Below, one piece after another: positions 29,763 to 44,010 of a stretch of 64,000 nt of DNA. The stretch lies in NCBI GenBank assembly GCA_951406725.2, contig OX597820.1, positions 9,300,001 through 9,364,000 on the forward strand. The letters are read 5' to 3'. Every line of letters starts with the position of its first letter. Positions within the stretch are counted from its first letter, which is position 1. The position numbers and the translations under genes were made by a program. The stretch comes from Octopus vulgaris. Its lineage: Eukaryota. The notes under the pieces were generated by a model that did no database searches, was not told where the DNA came from, and saw nothing but the letters and a program-made list of their open reading frames with translations.

Positions 29763-29870
29763 GAGTTGAAACGTCGCGCACATTTATTTATAGACTCTCG
29801 TTGCAGCCGATTCAGGAAGTTAAAGGCGATGCAAATTTCCGGCGACTTCAATTATTTCTTATCCTGTACA
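29758..29870 (-). promoter_or_regulatory. Candidate core and proximal promoter: Inr, TATA box, ETS sites, octamer
   Basis: TATAAATA at 29792-29785 starts exactly 30 nt upstream of the Inr-like A at 29762. Also present are CAGGAAGT 29813-29820, ATGCAAAT 29829-29836, CCGGAAAT (minus) 29842-29835 and ACAGGATAA (minus) near 29867-29859. Confidence 0.55.
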
Positions 29871-30296
29871 AAGCTCTGATACGTTTTTAGATTCATTATG
29901 AAGAGACCCGACTCATCGAAGGGACTCACACGTAGCCGTTTGATTCGCTAGAAACAGAAGTCAAATTTCTCTCCGACCTAAATAAAAAGGGGACGTTATT
30001 TTGCTCGAGGCCCCAACATAGATATCTGATAAAGACAAGAATAAAACAAGATGTCTAAATTATTAATATCTTTTTTTTGTTGCTAGATTAGGAGTGACCG
30101 AGGCTTAAATAACAACTTCAAAAGATATGTGAACACATTTCACTCTTTGCCGACTAGTCCCATCCGACATTACTTGGCAGGGAGTAGTGGAACGAAAGGG
30201 AGGAAAAGAGGGCCCAACAAAAATGGGGTTGATTTAATCGACTAACCCAATCCTTCAAAATTTCAGGCCATGTGCCCATAGTAGAAAGGATTATTA

Positions 30297-30467
<171 letters not shown>

Positions 30468-30468
30468 G

Positions 30469-31023
30469 AGGCGGCGAGCTGGCAGAATCGTTAGCACGCC
30501 GGGCGAAATGCTTAGCGGTATTTCGTCTGTCGTTAAGTTGTGAGTTCAAATTCCGCCGAGGTCGACTTTGCCTTTCATCCTTTCGGGGTCGATTAAATAA
30601 GTACCAGTTATCACTGGGGTCGATATAATCGACTTAATCCCTTTAACTGTCCTTGTTTGTCCCCTCTGTGTTTAGCCCCTTGTGGGTAATAAAGAAATAG
30701 GTATTCCGTCTGCCGCTACGTTCTGAGTTCAAATTCCGCCGAGGTCGACTTTGCCTTTCATCCTTTCGGGGTCTATTAAATAAGTACCAGTTACGCACTG
30801 GGGTCGATGTAATCGACTTAATCCATGTGTCTGTCCTTGTTTGTCCCCTCTGTGTTTAGCCCCTTGTGGGAAATAAAGAAATAGGTATTTCGTCTGCCGC
30901 TACGTTCTGAGTTCAGATTCAACCAAGGTCGACTTTGCCTTTCATCCTTTCGGGGTCGATAAATTAAGTACCAGTGCCCTTACCTACAAATTTTCGTGCC
31001 TTGTGCCTATAGTAGAAAGGATT
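30469..31023 (+). mobile_element. Nin-domain SINE tandem array (head plus 3 units)
   Basis: ~183 bp units joined at aaagaaata|ggtatt. Confidence 0.85.
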
Positions 31024-31348
31024 CATGGAAGTTGGGTGCGTGTGGCGAGGATGGCCCGTGTAAATGGGCTTATTTTGAACTTTCGTTTGTAAATCGGAGG
31101 TGTAGAGAAGGAGAGAGGCACCTACAAGGTGCATCTGGCGGTCGGGTTAACCAGAATGTGTAGGGTTCCTCGGTTGTCCTTGTCAGGAACTTCCCCACTT
31201 TTGGGGCAATTTTATTGTTTAATTGTATTGTTAATTGTTATTGTTGTTTTATTGTTTATCCAGTTTTTGTATTAAACCCCACGTGTCCCCAGTGTTGTAC
31301 TGTCCCTATTTGTTTTGGGTTCGGCCCTTGTGGCCAATAAAGAAAAGA

Positions 31349-31876
<528 letters not shown>

Positions 31877-32092
31877 GAGGCACAAGGCTTGGATTGAAAG
31901 CAGCGAGCTGGCAGAATTGTTAGCCGGGTGAAATACTAAGCGGTATTTCGCCTTCAAATTTCGCCGAGGTCGATTTTGTCTTTCCTCCTTTCGGGGTCGA
32001 TAAATTAAGTACCAGTGAAACACTGGGGTCGATGTAATCGATTAGTCCCCTCCCCTCCAATTTTCAGGCCTCGTGCCTATAGTAGAAAGGAC

Positions 32093-32138
<46 letters not shown>

Positions 32139-32357
32139 GAGTGAGAGAGCAGTTCATGCCATCAAAGTGACACTGGGATACAAATATACGAAGCCCAATA
32201 TACCCATCATGACTACCCGTCTGATAAGGGTACACCAGGCACATGCATCACAACCATATGTGCGCGACATGGTGATTTCATATCAAGATAAACAGCACAT
32301 GACCTTGCAGGTGGGGCCCAGTTAGAATTTTCTTCTGGTCAAGTAACCCATCACCGA

Positions 32358-32426
<69 letters not shown>

Positions 32427-33263
32427 GGCGGTGAGCTGGCAGAATCGTTAACACAGGGCGAAATGCTTAGCATTATTTCATCTGCCGGTGTCAACTTGGC
32501 ATTGTACCAGGTTTTGAAACCATTGCACATAAGGTATTCTGAGACTTTCTGAGCAGTATGGCTGCATGCTTAAGAAGTTCGCGTCGTAAGAATTAGGTCC
32601 CGGTTTCAATATCACTGCGTGCTACATAAGCTGGTATCATTTTCTATAGCCTCGGGTTGTCACATACCATGTGAGTGAAACTGGGCAAGAGGAATCTGTA
32701 GAGAAGCCCAACAAGTGGATTGAACCTGTAACTAATAACGATTTCAAAATTTTACACTAGATCAGCGATTCCAGGGGAGAGGGGTCAGTCGATTACAACG
32801 GCCCCAGTACACTACTGGTACTTATTTTATCGACTCCCGAAGTGACGAATGGAACTTCTAATTGATAATAATGATAATCCTTTCTACTAAGGGTCAGAGG
32901 GATCTAATGGATTACATCGGCCCCAGTGTTCAACTGGTACTTAATTTATCGATCTCCAAAGGATGAAACGCAAGGTCAGCCTCGGTGGAATTTGAACTCA
33001 GAACGTAAAGTCAAACGAAATGCCGCTAGGCATTTTACGTGTGTGGTAACGATTCTGTCAGCTCGCCGCATTACTTCTGTGGAATACTCAGGCACTTATG
33101 TTAATTCAGGAGAAGGTAATTCCTTTCAGTGAACAACTGAATCCACCACCACCACCACCACCACCACCACCTAGTAGTTATTCTGACGATCTGCTTTTGA
33201 CTAATCTCTAAGTTACGAGCACGTAAAAATAACCTGCACCTACATACACACAATATATAATAT

Positions 33264-33327
<64 letters not shown>

Positions 33328-33390
33328 TATATATAATATATATATATATATATGTATGTATCTATCTGTCTATCTATCTATCTATATGTA

Positions 33391-33504
<114 letters not shown>

Positions 33505-33572
33505 AACGCGTGTGTACCGTGTGCGATTTTTTTCCCTCTGTCTTCCCTTCTCTGGATCTTTCCTTCTCCTAT

Positions 33573-33607
33573 GTTTCCGACGAAGAGCTCCGCTCGAAAC
33601 GTCACAC
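33573..33607 (+). ncRNA. Minimal hammerhead-like motif (CCGACGA)
   Basis: guuu-CCGACGA-a-gagc-ucc-gcuc-GAAAC-GUC-acac; same element family as 51265-51299. Confidence 0.5.
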
Positions 33608-33696
33608 CCTCCTTCTTCCCTTAGCGTTCAATAATACTTTATTTGTTCCACGTCCTCGCGTTGTTGTGTTTTCTCTTTGTGTTTTCATGTTTGGAT

Positions 33697-33760
<64 letters not shown>

Positions 33761-33962
33761 TACATAGATAGAGATAGAGAGATAGAGAGAGAGGGGGAGA
33801 GGGAGAGAGAGAAGGTTGGGTTTAGTTCACTGGTGATCTAAACGAATAGATACGCTGAGTAAGTGCTACAATTGGTCATCCATTAGGTTCCAAGTTCACA
33901 GCTGAGGCTGGAGCTGGGGATCCGTATTAGGCTTCCGTGTAGGCAGGTATATCTTTATATGC

Positions 33963-34031
<69 letters not shown>

Positions 34032-34069
34032 ATATGTATATATATATACATATGTATATGTATTTATAC

Positions 34070-34118
<49 letters not shown>

Positions 34119-34279
34119 ATGTATATATATATATATATTTGTATGTATGTATATATATATATATATATGAGTGTGTGTATATATATCAAATTAAAAATGG
34201 CTGACGTCAAGCCTACTCAGAGTATCGAGTAGGCTCGATACTCTCTGTGCGTGTGTGTGTGTGTGTGCGCGTGTGTGTA

Positions 34280-34328
<49 letters not shown>

Positions 34329-34354
34329 CTACATTGTATATGTATATATGTATG

Positions 34355-34406
<52 letters not shown>

Positions 34407-34913
34407 GTACATGCATATAAATATAAATATATATATGTAATAGATGTTCAGCTCCACTGCACTGCCCACCCCCACCCCGGGTGTTTTCTGCTATAGCTTC
34501 GGGCTGACTAAGCCGTGTGAGTGAATTTAGTTCATGGAAATTGCCGGAAGACACGTGCTGATGACGTCGACGTCCATACATTTGCATATGACAAATGAAG
34601 TTTGTCTTTTATTTTTTCGATGGAATAATTACCAAAGTCGTCAAAACGATTTTAAGCTGGTAAAATCTTTAGCACGCAGGGCAAAAAACTTAGTGGTATG
34701 TTGTTAGTCATTACGTTCTGAGTTCAAATTCCGCCGAGGTCGATTTTGCTTTCATTCTTTGGAGGTCGATAGAATAAGTACTAGTTAAGCACCGGGGTCG
34801 ATCTAATCGACTAGCCGCTCCCTTTAAATTGCTGGCATTGTGCTAAATTTTGAAACCTATACAGTAGAAACTTGAGATAAGCTATCGTTAGAACTATTAA
34901 TAAAAGGAGCTAA

Positions 34914-35512
34914 GGCGACGAGCTGGCAGAAGCGTTAGCACGCCGGGCGAAATATGTTGCCGTATTTCGTCTGCCGTTACGTTCTGAGTTCAAATTCCGC
35001 CGAGGTCGACTTTGCCTTTCATCCTTTCGGGGTCGATTAAATAAGTACCAGTTACTCACTGGGGTCGATGTAATCGACTTAATCCGTTTGTCTGTCCTTG
35101 TTTATCCTCTCTGCGTTTAGCCCCTTGTGGGTAATAAAGAAATAGAAATAGGTATTTTGTCTGCTGCTACGTTCTGAGTTCAAATTCCGCCGAGGTCGAC
35201 TTTGCCTTTCATCCTTTCGGGATCGATTAAATAAGTACCAGTTACGCACTGGGATCGATATAATCGACTTAATCCGTTTGTCTGTCCTTGTTTTTCCCCT
35301 CTGTGTTTAGCCCCTTGTGGGTAGTCAAGAAATAGAAATATGTATTTCGTCTGCCGCTACGTTCTGAGTTCAAATTCCGCCGAGATCGACTTTGCCTTTC
35401 ATCCTTTCGGGGTCGATAAATTATGTACCAGTTGCGTATTGGGGTCGATTAGATCGACCTCAGTACGCAACTGGTACTTAATTTCGGACCTTGTGCCTAG
35501 AGCAGAAAAGAA
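34914..35512 (+). mobile_element. Nin-domain SINE tandem array (head plus 3 units)
   Basis: Same units and junction as 30469-31023. Confidence 0.85.
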
Positions 35513-35999
35513 TAAAAGGAGCTGTTTTGATTTCACTTAATCGCTCCTTCAAGTATCGACCGTTAGTTGGAGGAGAAAAAATTTTACTCCAATTTTTTTC
35601 TTTGTTCCTTATTACAATTCCATTCACTTCTACGCTTGTATTATAGAAATATTAAAACGATCCCAGCACTTGATTGGTTTTTAAAATGTTATTGATCTGG
35701 GAAGGATGAAAAGTAAAGGGGACATTAGAAAGTTCATCGCGTTGGAATAAGACACCTGGGCGCTGCTGTTTAGGTGCTGGCAACTTGGCGTGGCAGAGTG
35801 GCCATTCGACCTGTTCTGGCAAAAGTACTTTTTAGCACCGGAAGCAAATACACACAGGCACACACACATACACAGACATGCAGGCGTGTGTAAAAATGGT
35901 TTGAGAGTGAAAGAGAGAGAGAGAGAGGGGGGGGAGAACGAAAGAGGATGGTGCTTTACATATACATATAAACAAAAGTAAATGCTCACACACATTCAG

Positions 36000-36450
36000 A
36001 AGGACAGAGAGAAGAGAGAGAGGGGGGGAGAGGAAAGAGAGAGAGGGAGGGAGAGGAAAGGAGCTAAATAAATACATGGAGAAAGAGAGAAGAGAAAGAG
36101 AGAGAGAGGGAGAAAAAGAGAGAGAGAAAGAAAGAGAGAGAGTGGAAGAAAGAAAGAGAGAGGGAGAGAGAGAAAGAAAGGGGGAAAGAGAGAGAGAGAG
36201 AGAGAGAAAGATAGAGAGAGTGAGAGAGAGAAAAATAGAGAGAGTGAGAGAGAGAAAGAAAGAGGGAAAGAGAGAGACAGAAACAAAGAGAGAGAGAAAG
36301 AGAAAGAAAGATAGAGAGAGTGAAAGAGAGAAAGAGAGAAAGAAAGAGAGAGAGAAAGAGAAAGAAAGATAGAGAGAGTGAGAGAGAGAGAGGGAGAGAG
36401 AAAGAAAGATAGAGAGAGGGAGAGAGAGAGATAAAGAGAGAGAGAGAGAG
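36000..36450. repeat. Polypurine (GA)-rich tract
   Basis: Directly visible. Confidence 0.95.
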
Positions 36451-37934
36451 AACACCAGTTCGTTTGCTGTTGTTCTTATTCTCCTTGATAGAGTTTCTAA
36501 CATTAATTGATCCTGTTTTGATGGTTTAAGCTGCAACCCCGGCTCTTATTTGTCTCGTTTCTAGAAATACTACTCTAATCGTTGTTCTCTCGAACTTTCT
36601 TCTCTTCTGCATCATTTTAAAATTCCCAATCAAGTGATCCGTTTTCCTCATCCTTTCACTCTTGTTTCCTCTCTCCTGCATGAAATAGTTCCACTCCAGT
36701 TCAGAAGTTCCTTTCTTCGAACATCTGTCATATAAATTCTCTTCCTTCTTGTTTCAGGGGGCGCTGCAAACTTCCTGATAGTTACGTCCCTTTATGCTCT
36801 GAGTTTACACCATGTAGAGTTCACCTTGGTTCGGTGCTTCTCCAAAGTCGATAAAATAAACAAGTCCAAAAGTGGCAGGGGGTGTTGGTGACCCCTGTTG
36901 TACTCTTTCGCCTCAACTTTCTCTCACTCTTTCTTCCTGTTTCTTGAGTAACGCTGCGATGGACTGGCGTCCCGTCCAGCTGGGAGGAACACTTACGCCA
37001 TAGAAACCGCGAAACCGAGCCTGGCTAGGCTTGGAAAGGGCGAAAGAAGAAGATATATATATATATGTGTATATATTCTTTTATTCTTTATTTTGTTTCA
37101 GTCAGTTGACCGCGTTCAAGCTGGAGCACCGCCTTTAGACGAAGAAATCGAACCCAGGACTTATTCTTTGTAAGCCTAGTACTTATCCTATCGGTCTCTT
37201 TTTCCGAACCGCTAAGTTACGGGGACATAAACACACCAACTTCAATAGTCAAGCAATGATGGCGGAGACAAATACACACACACAAACAAGCACACATGCA
37301 CGCTCGCACGCACGCACACACACGATGGGCTTCTTTCAGTTTCTATCTACCAACTATACTCACAAAGCTTTGGTCGGCTCGAAGCTATAGTAGAAGACAC
37401 TTGCCCAAGATGGCACGCAGTGGGACTGAACCCGGGATCATGTGCTTGCTAAGCAAGCTACTTACCACACAGCCACTCCTGATATGTATATCTTTTGTCA
37501 AAAGGATATATATATATCTCTTATTATAAAAGGCAGATTTTATCTGCCTCCCTTTGGGAGTTATACAAATCTACAATATAGGATTTCTTCAATTACAATT
37601 TACCTTGCATTTTTAAGAGTACAATGCATCGCGTCATGCCAGGTCCAGTTTTTAAAATTTAAACTCCAGTTAAGCAAAATTTACAGAAAACTCACATTCT
37701 GGTGTGTGTGTCAAATGCTTTTCTTAGTCTGGTTTACAGCACACGCAAACGCACACACACAGTGGGCGACGAATAAAATGAAAGTAATTGACTTACTGTA
37801 GTGAGTGATTCTTTCACTCTGCCTCCCACTTCCTCTTTCCACACAGACACGCAAATATATAAATAAAATTGTAAGCTAACGTGCGTGTGTGTGAGTGGGT
37901 GTGTGTGGGTGTGCGCGTGTGTGTGTGTGTGAGG

Positions 37935-37970
<36 letters not shown>

Positions 37971-38038
37971 ATGTGCGTGAGTGTGTGACAGGAAAGTTTT
38001 TTACGACGAATATAACACCTATATCCAAGTAGCAGAAA

Positions 38039-38518
38039 GATAAGACAGTAAGGTGTGATTTGAGGGAGATTTGGCTGCTATTTCTACCATGTCTAGCTGC
38101 CATGTAGGGGTCTCCCTCATAGGCTCATACATACATATATACATAGATAAGACAGTAAGGTGTGATTTGGGGGAAATTTGGCTGCTATTTCTACCAGGTC
38201 TAGCTGCCATGTAGGGGTCTCCCTCATAGGCTCATACATACATATATACATAGATAAGACAGTAAGGTGTGATTTGGGGGAAATTTGGCTGCTATTTCTA
38301 CCAGGTCTAGCTGCCATGTAGGGGTCTCCCTCATAGGCTCATACATACATATATACATAGATAAGACAGTAAGGTGTGATTTGGGGGAAATTTGGCTGCT
38401 ATTTCTACCAGGTCTAGCTACCATGTAGAGGTCCCCCTCATTGGCTCATATATATATACATACATAAGACAGTAAGGTGTGATTTGAGGGAGATTTGGCT
38501 GCTGTTTCTACCAGGTCT
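38039..38518. repeat. 107-bp tandem repeat, ~4.5 copies
   Basis: Near-identical units starting agataagacagtaaggtgtgatttg; track ORFs repeat at 107-nt offsets (38210, 38317, 38424). Confidence 0.9.
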
Positions 38519-38963
38519 GTTAGGCCTTCTCATGTAAACTCAAGCTTTCTCATGCCTTCAACATATGACCAAAGCAGAGAATGTATTCTTTTATTCTTCT
38601 GCTTTTTCCAGCCATTGGTCTGTGGCCATGCTGGGGCAATGCCTTGAAGAATTGTAGTTTAATGAATCAACTCCAGTTTTATTTTTGTAAGCATTGTACT
38701 TATTCTATCTGTTTCCTTTGTCAAACCACTAGGTGACAGGGATGTAAACAAACCAACATTCGTTGTCAAGCAGTGGTGGAGGACAATCACAAGCACAGAC
38801 ACGCACACACACACACATACATGCATACACATATACACACATACATACATACATACATATATATATATATGTGTGTATATATATATTGCAGCGTGGAAGG
38901 TGTTTGTAAGCCATTTAAGAAACACACAAAAACCGTTACATTCACTTCAACATTTAAATTTAA

Positions 38964-39014
38964 TTTGCCAAAATATTTTCGTCGCTTTCAGACCGCGACC
39001 TGTTCACTGACAAA
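38964..39014 (-). ncRNA. Hammerhead-like motif with swapped G3:C8 core
   Basis: uuuguca-GUGAACA-g-gucgc-ggucugaaa-gcgac-GAAAAUA-UUU-uggcaaa: 7-bp stem I, 5-bp stem II, palindromic stem III AAUAUU. Confidence 0.55.
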
Positions 39015-39308
39015 AATATCGTGCTAACAGGTCGTGGTCTCAAAGCGACGAAAATATTTTCACAAATTAAATTTAAATGTTGAAGTGAATCTAACGGTTT
39101 TTGTGTGTTTCTTAAATGGCTTATAAACACCTTCAACGCTGCAACTGTTTTCGTTCCAGCACACGATCTCAGATCAAGTCACTTGCTATGCAAGTACATC
39201 TCTGTAACTATATATATATTTATATATATATATATATATGTATATTGGTAAAAACAGTAAGATAACAAAAGAAAGAAAGAGACCTCAATATTATGTAAAT
39301 AGAGGAAA

Positions 39309-39702
39309 TCTTTATATATAAAAGTGAGGTTGTGTGTCTGTCTCCTACGATTTAGATTCCTAACTACTCCCACATTTTGCGGTGCAGTTTAACCAAAACC
39401 GGGTATCTTATAGTCGTGATTCATATCGAGACCGTCTGGGTATTAGCGCGCGTCTACGATGAGTCTACGATTTAAAAAAAAATTTACCATCAATTTTTCC
39501 CATTTTTAATCCATTTTTGACATATATAAGGGAAGTAACTCTCTAAAATTTATTATTAAATCTCAGAACGTAAAAAGCTACAGTAACACCCCTCCCCTTT
39601 GTGGTTAGCCATATTGAGATGGCTATTATACTTTACATCTCTAAAAATGCTTATATAATTATTTCCCTTACAAACCCGAGCAACGCCGGGCGATACTGCT
39701 AG
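39309..39702 (+). mobile_element. Non-autonomous Helitron-like element
   Basis: TC...cccgagcaacgccgggcgatactgCTAG between A and T; homologous to 2774-3167. Confidence 0.75.
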
Positions 39703-39874
39703 TATATATATATATATATATATATATATGTGGCAAGTAGCTTGTTCACCAACCATATGGTTCCGGGTTCAGTCCCACTGCGTAGCACCTTGGGCAAGTG
39801 CCTTCTACTATAGCTTCGGGTCGACCAAAGCCTTGTGAGTGGATTTGGTAGGTGGAAACTGAATGAAGCCCATC

Positions 39875-39925
<51 letters not shown>

Positions 39926-40124
39926 TTTGTGCCTGTGTTTGTTCCCCCAATATCGCTTGACAACCGATGCTGGTGTGTTTACGTCCCCGTAACTTAGCGG
40001 TTCGGCTAAAATGACCGATAGAATAAGTACTAGGCTTACAAAGAATAAGTCTTGGAGTCGATTTCTTAGACTAAAGGCTGTGCTCCAGCATGCCTGCAGT
40101 CAAATGGCTGAAACAAGCAAATAA

Positions 40125-40232
<108 letters not shown>

Positions 40233-40489
40233 GGGAATATCTCAACTCAAAATCTGTAAACAAGAGTAAAATCGATAATGTGTATTGTAAAATTAATGAT
40301 AATCTTTCTGAACTGCATTTCGATTCTTTAAGCAAAAGTAATTCCGATTCTGATAATACAGGTAAGCTAACACCTGGTTTTAATAGTAATTATAAAAATA
40401 ATAATCCTGCCTTAACACGTCATTCTTAGAGGAGAACTAGTAGGAATTCTTTTAACCATGAGTACTAAATACAAGTGAATAAATTCCTG

Positions 40490-40912
40490 TGTAATTGTAA
40501 AAACAACATTGTTTGCCTTATAGAAAATGTGTGACTAAGGAAAATTATAGTCTATCAATGCAAGGTAACAACAGGGGATCATAAGTATTACGACACAGCT
40601 TCATCTGCTACAATTTGGAAACCTAAATTTCATAATCATTCTCATTCATTTCAGTATAGAAGAAGAGGTAATTCTCCAAATCTTAGTAAATGTATTTGGG
40701 ATTTAAAAGATAGGAACGTCAAGTATGATTTTTGGTGGTCCAACATTAGTCACGCACCATCGTACAATATTGGCAATTTTACATGCGATCTTTATCTTGA
40801 AGAAATGTATTACATAAGTAATTCTAAATTAATCTTATTAAATTTCAGTGGGTATTTTACAATGAAATGTCGTCATGAATTTCGGAAGGCATTTAAATAT
40901 TTCAATTCTTAA
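40490..40912 (+). pseudogene. Penelope-like element GIY-YIG endonuclease relic
   Basis: CNCKNNIVCL..IIVYQCKV..KYY..KFHNHSHSF..LSKCIWDLK..W..PSY..CDLYLEE..LLN..KCRH matches the C-terminal Penelope endonuclease pattern. About 120 stop-free codons run from 40544; the track misses them because there is no early start codon. Confidence 0.8.
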
Positions 40913-41170
40913 TTATAATTGCTTTTCGTATATTATATAATAACTCTCTTTACTCTTTACTCTTTTACTTGTTTCAGTCATTTGACTGCGGCCATGCTGG
41001 AGCACCGCCTTTAGTCGAGCAAATCGACCCCGGGACTTATTCTTTGTAAGCCGAGTACTTATTCTTTCGGTCTCTTTTGCCGAACCGCTAAGTGACGGGG
41101 ACATAAACACACCAGCATAGGTTGTCAAGCAATGCTAGGGGGACAAACACAGACACACAAACACACACAC

Positions 41171-41260
<90 letters not shown>

Positions 41261-42593
41261 GACAGGCTTCTTTCAGTTTCCGTCTACCAAATCCACTCAC
41301 AAGGCATTGGTCGGCCCGGGGCTATAGCAGAAGACACTTGTGGTTGGTTAGCAAGCTACTTACCACACAGCCACTCCAGCGCCTTTTCTAAAAAAGTTTA
41401 CTTGTGATATAGAATCTTTGTTTCCAACTGTCGAAACATAGAATTCTTTTGTTTATTTTTTTATTCATATAAAAGTATAACAAAAATATTTTAAATCTGG
41501 AAAACGTTAACGGACATGGTCACATAGTTAAGAAATTCTCTTTGCAGTCGTGTCATGTCCAATCCCACCATACAATACCCTGGGAAATTATCTTCTGTAC
41601 CGTTGTTTTCAGTTAAGCAGTACGTGGGAGAATCTGATAGGGGAAAACTGCGAACAATACTGATGTTCGTTTAGCTACATAACTAGCAAGCTAGCTACCT
41701 ACTTACAAGCCTACATAGCAGTGTCCTGCTATGTACAACTACATTCACATGTAAATACAAATGTACGGTGTTGGATGGGCTTGGAGCCAAATCCGGCCTT
41801 TGATAGGTTTTGTCTTTTTTCGTCTCACAAAGTATATAAAAAACCCCGTTCTCACCGAGCAAGTTTGGTGGAGTTGTTGGTTCGGTCGGTGACGGCCTGA
41901 TCATATCCATTTTGCGCTGGTTTACATGTTTACTAATGGCCTATTTCTGGTCTTTATATATTGGTTGTTAAAGCCCGTGGTCTAGCGATTAGAGTTTCGG
42001 GTTGACGATCGATAGGTTATGGGTTCGATTCCCAGACCGGGCGGTGCGTTAAGTCCCTGATCAAGGTACTTCAGTTTATGTTGCTCTATTATACTCATCA
42101 GAAAATGAGCCCCAGTGGCACCTGGTGCTTAGTTTTGTGATAGACTGTGCAACCCCATCTCTGTTCAAGCGGCGAGTCTTGTACTGTCACCCTCAAACGC
42201 CTTGAAAAATGTCCGGATATAAATGTTTCTTAACGTAGTCTTCCACTGGTTTCAGTCCTTGAGCTGCAGCCATACTGGAGCTCTGCATTTAGGGATTCAG
42301 CTGATCATATCAACCTCTATATTTATTGCAGTCTGGTACATATTGTTGTATTCATTTCTATTTGACCAGCAGCTAAGTTACAGGACAAATACAACATCCT
42401 TTATGCGCTGTAACTTAACGGTCGACAAATGTTAGATTCCTGCCATTCTACCGCCGTTGCCAGACATTCTTAGCACTATACTTCTATCCAAGATGCTTTC
42501 TTGAGACGAACATAACAGTTTTCTGGCTTTCTACAGTATATTCACATTAAGTAAGACTTACACGCTTATTACAATTATTATTGTAATTATTAC

Positions 42594-43092
42594 AAATGCT
42601 TAGTGGTATTTCGTCTGCCGTTACGTTCTGAGTTCAAATTCCGCCGAGGTCGACTTTGCCTTTCATCCTTTCGGAGTCGATTAAATAAGTACCAGTTACG
42701 CACTGGGGTCGATATAATCGACTTAATCCGTTTGTCTGTCCTTGTTTGTCCTCTCTGTGTTTAGCCCTTTGTGGGTTGTAAAGAAATAGGTATTTCGTCT
42801 GTCTTTATGTTCTGAGTTCAAATTCCGCTGAAGTTGGCTTTGCCTTTAATCCTTTCGGGATCGATAAATTAAGTACCAGTTACGCACTGGGGTCGATATA
42901 ATCGACTTAATCCGTTTGTAATAGATATTTCGTCTGTCTTTACGTTCTGAGTTCAAATTCCGCCGTGGTTGGATTTGCCTTTCATCCTTTCGGAGTCGAT
43001 AAATTAAGTACCAGTTGCGTGCCGGGGTCGATCCAATCGACTGCCCCCCCCCCCAATAATTTCGTACCTTGTGCCTAGAGTAGGAAAGAATA
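42594..43092 (+). mobile_element. Nin-domain SINE tandem array
   Basis: Three Nin units with the same junction. Confidence 0.8.
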
Positions 43093-43229
43093 TCTTTATT
43101 TTGTTGACAATAACAATATCTGGTTTTCGTGGTTCAATTACTTAATCCCACCCAGTGTTGAAGTTGCCCATAACTTAACACCATCATCGTCTGTCATGCA
43201 TTAGATTGAGGTTCATACCATTTCTCATA

Positions 43230-43522
43230 CCAGGTTCATGGGCCCGGTTTTCTGGTTTCTATGGCGTATATGGCGTATGTGTTTCCCCCAGCAGGACGGG
43301 ACGCCAGTCCATCGCAGCGTTACTCAAGAAGCAGGAAGAGAGAGTGAGAGAAAGTAGTGGCGAAAGAGTACAACAGGGGTCGCCACCACCCCCTGCCGGG
43401 GCCTCGTGGAGCTTTTAGGTGTTTTCGCTCAATAAACACACACAATGCCCGGTCTGGGAATCGAAACCGCGATCCTCCGACCGCGAGTTTGCTGCCCTAA
43501 CCACTGGGTCATTGCGCCTCCA
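43230..43522 (-). mobile_element. SINE family A head with an alternative tail (ctgcgatggactggcgtcccgtcc); related partial copy at ~36870-37045 (+)
   Basis: Head nearly identical to the 6097 copy, but a different 3' module shared with the 36950-37040 region. Confidence 0.75.
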
Positions 43523-43779
43523 GGTCAAATTATAGTCTTTACATAATTTATGGTGGACAATACGTGCAACAATGTCATACATCCTTTTGTGCAAGTTTAC
43601 AGCATCAGGTTCTATGCCATTTTGTTTTTACCTATGGACTCCTTTGATTCCTCTTTTAATCTATAGGATTTCTATAGCCATTCGATGTATATATTTTCGT
43701 ATTCGTATTCGTATTTATTGTCAAGGTAGTAGTAGGATTTATCGAAGAAGTTTCGTGGGAATATTGAATTCACCAGCGG

Positions 43780-44010
43780 TCCCCGACATCCCGCATGCAT
43801 ATCCCGAGTGACGGGACGCCCTGTTTGCCGCGGAGTCTCCACAGACGCAGGGACAGAACGACCTCGAAGCCGCCAGTTGCCGATCAGACGTCTCTTGGAA
43901 GTTTTACCAGAGCCCCGTTGGCCAGGCTGCGGCCCTAATACCGCTCGGTGCCAGACCAATCCGCCTTGGGTGGCCCTACCAGGAACCGAAGTTCCTGACG
44001 TCATAGCTCT
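43780..44010 (-). mobile_element. Fragment of an RTE-type 5' end
   Basis: agagctatgacgtcaggaac...ctggtagggccacccaaggcgg resembles the 17590-17640 RTE 5' motif. Confidence 0.5.

Noticed and set aside
38039-38518. CRISPR-like regular repeat
   Set aside because: Whole 107-bp units are repeated with no unique spacers, no cas genes are present, and the context is eukaryotic.
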